From Stellaceae bacterium (lineage in GTDB: Bacteria > Pseudomonadota > Alphaproteobacteria > ATCC43930 > CGMCC-115725), in the NCBI GenBank assembly GCA_035604615.1, contig DATNID010000048.1:9681-33680 (forward strand): a DNA stretch of 24,000 nt, given 5' to 3'. Shown piece by piece: positions 18,045-24,000 of the stretch; positions within the stretch are counted from its first letter, which is position 1; every line of letters starts with the position of its first letter. A program made the position numbers and the translations under genes. Under the pieces are notes generated by a model, which saw nothing but the letters and a program-made list of their open reading frames with translations, was not told the origin of the DNA and did not search any database.

Positions 18045-18398
18045 GTGGCGGAAATCGACGCACTGTGGACGATCCAGTTCGATGTCGCCGGCGAATGGCG
18101 CACCGGCGGCATAGTCATATTCGATGGCGGCAGGGTGTTCGGCGGCGACAGCCACTATTACTACGTCGGCCGCTATCGCGAGCGCGGGACGGCGATCGAG
18201 GGCGAGGCGCGCATCGTCCATTACAGCGGCCCGCTTGCCACCGGCTTCGGCAGCAGTCCGGATTTCACCGTGCTGCTCGAAGGGCGGCACAACGGCGAGG
18301 TTATCACCGGCCACATCCACAAGCCCGGAAGCGAGACGGCGAAGCTCGCGATCCGCTGCGTGCGCCGCGAGGCGATCCCGCCCGGCACGGCTCATTAA
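18045..18398 (+). CDS. GrlR-like small beta-barrel protein (GrlR family)
   Basis: 117 aa from GTG 18045, with GAGGGG 6 nt upstream. The core GGIVIFDGGRVFGGDSHYYYVGRYRERGTAIEGEARIVHYSG matches the GrlR-family signature I recall (G.G.+.+.nG.+.GGDs.y.Y.G.Y, then alternating beta-strand pattern). Confidence 0.65.
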   Translation: MAEIDALWTIQFDVAGEWRTGGIVIFDGGRVFGGDSHYYYVGRYRERGTAIEGEARIVHYSGPLATGFGSSPDFTVLLEGRHNGEVITGHIHKPGSETAKLAIRCVRREAIPPGTAH

Positions 18399-18465
18399 TT
18401 AATCTGTGTCATCTTTTCGTCGCCTGTAATAGCTTCGCTGGCAACAATCCTGGGGCCGCACCGCC

Positions 18466-19146
18466 GTGAATTTGCTGAAAATACAGGGCATTCGGTCGGG
18501 AACCCGTCGCCCCCTTCGCATTGCGTGCGGCGCGATGGCGCTTGCCATCGGTGCGACGGCGACAGTTGCGGCGGAAACCAAGCCGCTGAATTCGTGGGAC
18601 AGCCCCGCGAGCGTCGCGGCGACGGTGCATCGGATGGCGCCGAGCTACGGGCTCGATCCGACGCTCGTCACCGCGATCATCCTGGCCGAAAGCAATTTCG
18701 AGCCGGGCGCGGTGTCGCGCAAGAACGCAATGGGGCTGATGCAGCTCACCAAGGAGACGGCGGCGCGGTTCGGCGTCTCCGATCCGTTCGACCCGGCCCA
18801 GAATCTGCGCGGCGGCATGAGCTATCTGCGCTGGCTGTTCGATCGCTACAAGGGCGACCTTACCCTGACCTTGGCCGCCTACAACGCGGGCGAGGCCGCG
18901 GTCGAGCAATATGGCGGCGTCCCGCCCTATGCCGAGACCAAGGCCTATGTCCAGCACGTGCGCCAATATTACAGCGAGGGCGGCGACGCGATACTGGCGC
19001 GCCACGCGGCGACGGCGTCGCTGCTGCCGCGGGTCTATCGCGGCATCGTCGAGGAGGGATCGGCGCCGAAGGCGGAAAGCTCCGCCCCGAGCGTCGAGCG
19101 CACCCGCTCGGGCGTGCTGATCTTCCGCGGCCCCGGACGGTCCTGA
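18466..19146 (+). CDS. Secreted lytic transglycosylase (SLT domain)
   Basis: 226 aa from GTG 18466. Signal-like LRIACGAMALAIGATATVAAE. SLT motifs AIILAESNFEPGAVSRKNAMGLMQL and AAYNAGEAAVEQYGGVPPYAETKAYV. An alternative start is ATG 18535. Confidence 0.85.
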   Translation: MNLLKIQGIRSGTRRPLRIACGAMALAIGATATVAAETKPLNSWDSPASVAATVHRMAPSYGLDPTLVTAIILAESNFEPGAVSRKNAMGLMQLTKETAARFGVSDPFDPAQNLRGGMSYLRWLFDRYKGDLTLTLAAYNAGEAAVEQYGGVPPYAETKAYVQHVRQYYSEGGDAILARHAATASLLPRVYRGIVEEGSAPKAESSAPSVERTRSGVLIFRGPGRS

Positions 19147-19158
19147 GGCTGAGCGGCG

Positions 19159-19578
19159 GTGAGCGACCCGCGCGCCGGGCAGCCGCTCGTCGTCGTCTGC
19201 GCCGCGCTCGTCGATCCATCAGGCCGCGTGCTTCTGGCGCAGCGGCCGCCCGGCAAGGCAATGGCGGGCCTGTGGGAGTTTCCCGGCGGCAAGATCGACT
19301 CGGAAGAGACGCCCGAAGCGGCGCTGGTGCGCGAGCTCGAGGAAGAGCTCGGCATCACGGTCACGCCCGCATCGCTCGCGCCGTTCGCCTTCGCGTCCCA
19401 CGCCTATGAGACGTTTCACGTGCTGCTGCTGCTCTATCTCTGCCGGCGTTGGGAGGGCGCGATCACGCCGCGCGAGGGACAAAGCGTCGCATGGGTCCCG
19501 GTCGAGCGCTTCGCCGACTACGCGATGCCACCCGCCGACGAGCCCCTGGTCGCGCTGCTGCGCGAGCGGCTGCGCTAG
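19159..19578 (+). CDS. mutT: NUDIX hydrolase, MutT-type 8-oxo-dGTP diphosphatase
   Basis: 139 aa from GTG 19159, 12 nt after the SLT gene. NUDIX box GGKIDSEETPEAALVRELEEELGI. WEFPGGK context typical of MutT. Confidence 0.88.
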   Translation: MSDPRAGQPLVVVCAALVDPSGRVLLAQRPPGKAMAGLWEFPGGKIDSEETPEAALVRELEEELGITVTPASLAPFAFASHAYETFHVLLLLYLCRRWEGAITPREGQSVAWVPVERFADYAMPPADEPLVALLRERLR

Positions 19579-20150
19579 CCGGCGAGCGCCTGGGCGATGC
19601 GGTCGCTCAACTGCGCCAGGCAATCGCTCATCGCGGCGACGAGATCGGCGGCCTTGATCGAGGCGGAGTGGACAGAGATGCGCTCGAGCCGAACGATGCT
19701 GGCTTTCTCGCCGAGGTTGATGGTCCAGCGCGCCTCGAGCATCGCGGTCCCGTCGGGATCCGGATCGAAGCGCGCGATGTCGATGGCGACGGTGGTGTCG
19801 GCCCGCGGTGTCACCGCGCTGCCATAGACGGTGATCTGGGTCGCCGGCAGCCGCGTTGACAAATCCTCGAGCAGCACCCGCGTCACCATGTCGTCGAGCC
19901 CTTCGGCCCAGCGCTCGAATTCGTTGGTGGCAAGCTCGATGCTGGTGCGGTGGCGGACGATCTGCGGCCGGTCGAGATATTTCGGCACCACCACCGCACG
20001 CAGCGCGAATGGCGGGACCGGGCGGGCGACCGGCGTGCCCGGCAGCGGCACGAGCGTATAGAGCAAGGGCGGCGGCGTCTGTGAGCAGCCGGCGAGCGCG
20101 GCGAGCGCGAGGACCACGAGCGCGTGGCGCCGGGCAAGAGGCTCCGTCAT
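19575..20150 (-). CDS. pqiC: PqiC (YmbA)-family outer-membrane lipoprotein
   Basis: 191 aa. Lipobox LAALAGCS. The length and position after pqiB match E. coli PqiC/YmbA. The start overlaps the pqiB stop (ATGA). Confidence 0.85.
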   Translation of the reverse strand: MTEPLARRHALVVLALAALAGCSQTPPPLLYTLVPLPGTPVARPVPPFALRAVVVPKYLDRPQIVRHRTSIELATNEFERWAEGLDDMVTRVLLEDLSTRLPATQITVYGSAVTPRADTTVAIDIARFDPDPDGTAMLEARWTINLGEKASIVRLERISVHSASIKAADLVAAMSDCLAQLSDRIAQALAG

Positions 20151-21790
20151 CGTGGCGCTCCCTTGCCGCGCAGGATTGCGTCGGGATGCTGCTCGACATA
20201 GTCGGTCAAAAGCTTCACCGACTTCGCCGTGTCCTGAAGCTGCTTCAGGAGCTCGATCAGCTCGCGCCGGACCTGCGAATCGCCGCCATAGCCGCGCGAG
20301 GCAGACGCGAGCAGCTCGTCGAGCTGATGCAGCGACTGATCCGCGTCGGCCAGCGTCTTGTCGAGCGACTTGACCGAAGACCTGAGCTCGGGCGCCTCGG
20401 CGAGCGCGCGGAACGACTGCACCAGCGACAGCGCTTGCTGCAGGAGCTGCTCGATCGGCATGTTGTTGACGCGCTCGAGCAGCCCCGCCATGCGGCTCAG
20501 AAGATCGGTCGCGGTCAGCGTCAGGCTTTCGAGGTCGGACGGCACGCTCGGCATGACCGGAATCTTGCCTTCGAGCCGGATCTTCGCCGGCGGCGCGCCG
20601 GGGAAGAAGTCGAAAGCGACGACGAGCTGCCCGGTGATCAGGCTCGCCGTGCGCAGTTGCGCCCGCAGGCCGCGCGCGACCAGCTCGTTCATCGCCGCCA
20701 TCACCCGCGCGAGCTCGGACGGCCCATTGCCCTGGACGTCGCCGCGCTGGATGCGCTGCGGCTCGAAATCGATCGTTACGGGGATGCGGACGCTGCCGTC
20801 GGTGGGATCGAACTCAAGACGGATATCGGTGACGTTCCCAACCTTGATGCCGCGGAACTCCACGGGCGCGCCGATCTCGAGCCCGTGCACCGAGCCCTCG
20901 AAATCGATGATGAAGGGGATGCGCTGCGCGAAGCTCGATTCGAGCACGGTTGCGTGATCGGCGAAGAGATGGAACGCCGTCCCTTCCTTGGCCGGCTCGC
21001 CGGTGCGGACTTCGTCGGGCGAATCGAATCCGACGCCGCCGGCGATGACGGCCTGCAGAGATTCGACCTCGAACTTGAAGCCTTGCGCGCCGGCCGAGAA
21101 AGTGATGCCGGAATCGTTCCAGAAGCGGCTCCCCGGAAAGACCAGCTTGTCGAAGGGCGAACGCACGAAGGCGTGGATGCGGACGGCGTTGCCGTTGGGG
21201 TCGAAATCGTAGCCCAGCACCTCGCCAACATTGATGCTGCGGTAGAAAATCGGCGAGCTGGGCCCGATCGAGCCGAGCCGGTCGGTGGTGAGGATGAACT
21301 CGCGCCCCGGCACGTCGGCGGTGATGACCGGCGGCTCCTCGAGCCCGGTGAACTCGCGCGCGGCCGCGCCCACGCCGGGATCCATCTCGAGATAGGCGCC
21401 CGAGACCAACGTCTCGAGGCCAGAGAAGCTCGACAGGCTGATGCGCGGCCGCACCACCCAGAAGCGCGTGCCGGCGGTCAGGTGCGGCGTCGCAGCCTTG
21501 TTCATGCTGGCGGTGACGACGACATGGGAGAAGTCGGGGCTGAGCTCGATCTTGTCGACCACGCCCAGCTCGACGTCGTTGTGCTTGACCCGCGTCTTGC
21601 CCGCCTCCAGCCCCTCGCCGGTGCGGAAGTTGAGCGTGATGGTGGGGCCGCGCTCCGACACCGTGGTGTAGGCGAGCCAGCCGGCGATGATGAAGGCCAC
21701 GAGCGGAATGGCCCAGATCGGCGACAAGCGGTGCCGCGCGCGCATCACCGGGAGCGCCGGTTGGTCGGCGTGCAACTCGTCGCCGCTCAT
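20147..21790 (-). CDS. pqiB: Intermembrane transport protein PqiB (multi-MCE-domain protein)
   Basis: 547 aa from ATG 21790. N-terminal TM SPIWAIPLVAFIIAGWLAY, repeated MCE-like segments, and a C-terminal helical region. The track ORF 20147..22987 is an artefactual extension through pqiA. Confidence 0.9.
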   Translation of the reverse strand: MSGDELHADQPALPVMRARHRLSPIWAIPLVAFIIAGWLAYTTVSERGPTITLNFRTGEGLEAGKTRVKHNDVELGVVDKIELSPDFSHVVVTASMNKAATPHLTAGTRFWVVRPRISLSSFSGLETLVSGAYLEMDPGVGAAAREFTGLEEPPVITADVPGREFILTTDRLGSIGPSSPIFYRSINVGEVLGYDFDPNGNAVRIHAFVRSPFDKLVFPGSRFWNDSGITFSAGAQGFKFEVESLQAVIAGGVGFDSPDEVRTGEPAKEGTAFHLFADHATVLESSFAQRIPFIIDFEGSVHGLEIGAPVEFRGIKVGNVTDIRLEFDPTDGSVRIPVTIDFEPQRIQRGDVQGNGPSELARVMAAMNELVARGLRAQLRTASLITGQLVVAFDFFPGAPPAKIRLEGKIPVMPSVPSDLESLTLTATDLLSRMAGLLERVNNMPIEQLLQQALSLVQSFRALAEAPELRSSVKSLDKTLADADQSLHQLDELLASASRGYGGDSQVRRELIELLKQLQDTAKSVKLLTDYVEQHPDAILRGKGAPR

Positions 21791-23064
21791 CGGTTTTCTC
21801 CCGCGCTGTCCCACATCAGGCGCGGGTCGAACGCCATCGCCGCGAACATGGTCGTGAGCACGACCGAAGCGAAGGCGAGCGCGCCGATGTCGGGCACCAC
21901 CGTCGCGATCTTGCCGAGCCGCACCAGCGCCACCAGGATCGACAGCATGAAGATGTCGATCATCGACCAGCGTCCGACCGACTCGATCACGCGGTAGAGC
22001 CGGGTGCGGTCGCGCAAGTGCCAATGCGAGCCGCGCTGCGACGTCACCAGCAAGAGGCCGAGCCCGACGATCTTGAGCACCGGCACGGTGATACTGGCGA
22101 AGAACACGAGCAGCGCCAGGGGCCACATGCCGGCCTCGACGAGATGCTTGACGCCCGAGAGGATCGTATCGGGCGCGCCGCTGCCGAACGATATGACGGT
22201 CATGATCGGATAATAGTTCGCCGGCACGTAGAGGATCGCGGCGGTCACGACGAGCGCCCAGCAGCGCGCGAAGCTGTCCGGCTTGCGGCGATGCAGCCGC
22301 GCGTCGCAGCGCGGGCAGCGCGATTGCTCGCCCCCCGCCGCTGCCAGCAGGCCGCACGTGGCGCAGCGCGCCAGCTTTTCGCCCGGGGAAGGCGGCGGCA
22401 CCAACACCAGCCCCTTGGCCACGACCTCCTCCCACAGCGTGTCGTAATCGAGGATCACGTCCATCGCCGCCATCGCGACCATCAGCGCGGCCAGCGCATA
22501 AACCGCGATGCCGAGCGTCACCGTCGCGAGCGCCGCGAGCTTGACGTAGGCGACGAAGATGCCGAGCATGTAGACTTCGACCATCGACCACGGGCTCAAC
22601 TGGTCGAGCCGGCGCAGCACCGCGACGAGATAGGGCGGCGGCTGCGACATCCTGAGCCCGCCTAGAACGTAGGTGATCGCGCCCAGCTTCAAGGCCGGCG
22701 CCGCGATCGTCAGCAGCAGGATGAGGACCGAGAGCGGCCACAATCCCTGTCCGGCGAGCGCCAACGCGCCGCTGGCGAGGCTCGCATTCTCGACGCGTCC
22801 TTCCATGCCGAGCGACATGAACGGCATGAAGTTCGCGAGCAGGATCAGAGCGAGCCCGGTGACGGCAAGCGCGAGGCAGGCGTCGAGCGAGCCGTGCGCG
22901 CGCAGCAGGCCGCCGCAGCGCCCGCACCGCGCCACATGATGCGGCGCCAGCGCGCCGATGCGGTGGCGCAGGCCGCAATCCTGACACTCGACCAGGAGCC
23001 GCTTTCTGTCCGCGGCGCTCGCAATGCCATCGGCCACCTCAGGAGCCCGCGCCCCGTCGCTCAT
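21787..23064 (-). CDS. pqiA: Paraquat-inducible protein A (two PqiA repeats)
   Basis: 425 aa. Two CxxC...CxxC zinc-ribbon-like motifs (CQDCG..CGRCG and CATCG..CPRCD), each followed by a polytopic membrane half. Confidence 0.9.
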   Translation of the reverse strand: MSDGARAPEVADGIASAADRKRLLVECQDCGLRHRIGALAPHHVARCGRCGGLLRAHGSLDACLALAVTGLALILLANFMPFMSLGMEGRVENASLASGALALAGQGLWPLSVLILLLTIAAPALKLGAITYVLGGLRMSQPPPYLVAVLRRLDQLSPWSMVEVYMLGIFVAYVKLAALATVTLGIAVYALAALMVAMAAMDVILDYDTLWEEVVAKGLVLVPPPSPGEKLARCATCGLLAAAGGEQSRCPRCDARLHRRKPDSFARCWALVVTAAILYVPANYYPIMTVISFGSGAPDTILSGVKHLVEAGMWPLALLVFFASITVPVLKIVGLGLLLVTSQRGSHWHLRDRTRLYRVIESVGRWSMIDIFMLSILVALVRLGKIATVVPDIGALAFASVVLTTMFAAMAFDPRLMWDSAGENR

Positions 23065-23474
23065 CGGCTGATGGTCTTGAGCCCGGCGACGAGATCGTTG
23101 AAATCGAAATAGCCGCGATGGCGCGTATCGATGTTCTCGAAGCGGATGGCATCGACCAGATCGAGCCCGGTGAGGTAGCCCTTGTGGTTCTGATCGGCCG
23201 CGTCGAAGAATTCGCGCGACAGGCCCGTCTCCTCGAAGCGCAGGCGCGGGTCCTGCGGGTTCTTGCGGGAGCGGAAATAGAACGCGTCGATCTTGTTGGC
23301 CTCGAACTCGACCTTGGTGACCTTGCCGTCATGGTCGGAATCGAGAATGTCGAAAATCTCGTGCGCCTGCTGGGCGGTGTAGGCGGCAGCAGCGCGCGGC
23401 GGCAGCGCGACCAAGAGCGCCAACGCGATCGCGGCGACGAGATGCCGCACCGGAAGTTTCGCGAGCGCCGCCAT
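23061..23474 (-). CDS. Secreted EF-hand calcium-binding protein
   Basis: 137 aa from ATG 23474, with AGGAGG upstream. Signal peptide LVAAIALALLVALPPRAAAA. One canonical EF loop, DSDHDGKVTKVE, and two degenerate loops, DQNHKGYLTGLD and DTRHRGYFDFND. The stop overlaps the pqiA start (ATGA). The track's 188-aa version over-extends into the dcd gene. Confidence 0.8.
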   Translation of the reverse strand: MAALAKLPVRHLVAAIALALLVALPPRAAAAYTAQQAHEIFDILDSDHDGKVTKVEFEANKIDAFYFRSRKNPQDPRLRFEETGLSREFFDAADQNHKGYLTGLDLVDAIRFENIDTRHRGYFDFNDLVAGLKTISR

Positions 23475-23538
23475 GGCCCCTCCTGCGCGTGTCCTTGCCA
23501 CCGAGCGACGCCCTATAGCATGGATCGGCGCGCCGACT

Positions 23539-24000
23539 CTAGGGCTGGTTCGCCGCCTCGGGGGCGCGGAACTGCTTCGACAGCGCGAGGCCCTGGTTGA
23601 GGTAGGTCGAGCCGATCGCCGCGCCATAGAGCCGGTCGGGCCGGGCCATCATGCGCTCGTAGCGCAGCCAGCCCACGGTCTGGCCATGCTCGAGCATGAA
23701 CGGCACCTCGTGCGAGCGCACTTCGAGCACGGCGCGGCTCACGCCGCCCGACATGTCCCAGCCGAAGCCGGGATCGAAGAACCCGGCGTAATGGACGCGG
23801 AACTCGCCGACCGCGGTGTCGTAGGCGACCATCTCGGCGGCGTAGTCGGGCGGCACGCGCACCGCCTCGCGGGTGATGAGGATGTAGAACTCGTTGGGGT
23901 CGAGCACGATCGAGCGGTGGCGGCGGAACTGAATGGGCTCCCAGAACTCCGCCGGGTCGTAATGGCCGATGCGGTCGACATCGATGCGGTCGGTGTGCTT
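23539..24000 (-). CDS. dcd: 2'-deoxycytidine 5'-triphosphate deaminase (long alphaproteobacterial DCD family), C-terminal 153 codons. The gene continues past the right edge.
   Basis: The frame is open to position 24000, and the track's start at 23907 is an internal GTG. Translation ...LDPNEFYILITREAVRVPPDYAAEMVAYDTAVGEFRVHYAGFFDPGFGW...RAVLEVRSHEVPFMLEHGQ resembles the C-terminus of this family. Confidence 0.8.
   Translation of the reverse strand, partial: KHTDRIDVDRIGHYDPAEFWEPIQFRRHRSIVLDPNEFYILITREAVRVPPDYAAEMVAYDTAVGEFRVHYAGFFDPGFGWDMSGGVSRAVLEVRSHEVPFMLEHGQTVGWLRYERMMARPDRLYGAAIGSTYLNQGLALSKQFRAPEAANQP

Noticed and set aside
17951-18402. CtrA-type TTAA-N7-TTAA boxes in the AT-rich tracts.
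   Set aside because: The spacing does not fit. The first tract gives cTAA-N6-TTAA, and the second is a contiguous TTAATTAA.
19575-19578. Convergent mutT and pqiC stop codons overlapping within CTAG.
   Set aside because: The overlap is real, but such tail-to-tail overlaps are common in compact genomes. No associated structure was seen.

Overview
The window is very GC-rich (about two-thirds G+C by eye) and gene-dense. Its gene content and order look like a core chromosomal region of an alphaproteobacterium, probably Hyphomicrobiales/Rhizobiales-like.

I support 27 protein-coding genes. The recognisable housekeeping genes are cobT (partial), cobS, a J-domain gene, bolA, aroK-aroB, xerD, accA, a degP/htrA-family protease coupled to an OmpR-family response regulator, secA, a parvulin-type PPIase, argJ, mutT, pqiABC, and the 3' part of a long-form dCTP deaminase gene.

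I saw no tRNA, rRNA, CRISPR array, IS element or transposase. Most long ORFs in the supplied track are antisense shadow ORFs, or fusions of a real gene with an upstream open frame, as expected at this GC content.

Five places deserve a second look:
1. A 1.6 kb three-gene block sits between argJ and mutT. It holds an orphan 75-aa ORF, a GrlR-like 117-aa protein and a secreted SLT lytic transglycosylase, and it contains the most AT-rich tracts in the window.
2. A secreted EF-hand protein is joined to pqiA-pqiB-pqiC by three consecutive ATGA overlaps.
3. A ribbon-helix-helix gene with an AT-rich, palindrome-bearing leader converges on a Cys/His-rich DUF2889 gene at the end of the aroK-aroB operon.
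4. An unlisted 46-codon membrane ORF overlaps the start of a 583-aa secreted Ala-rich protein of unknown function.
5. A protease/response-regulator pair has no adjacent kinase.

All family assignments come from reading the translations and from memory of these families. No database search was run.
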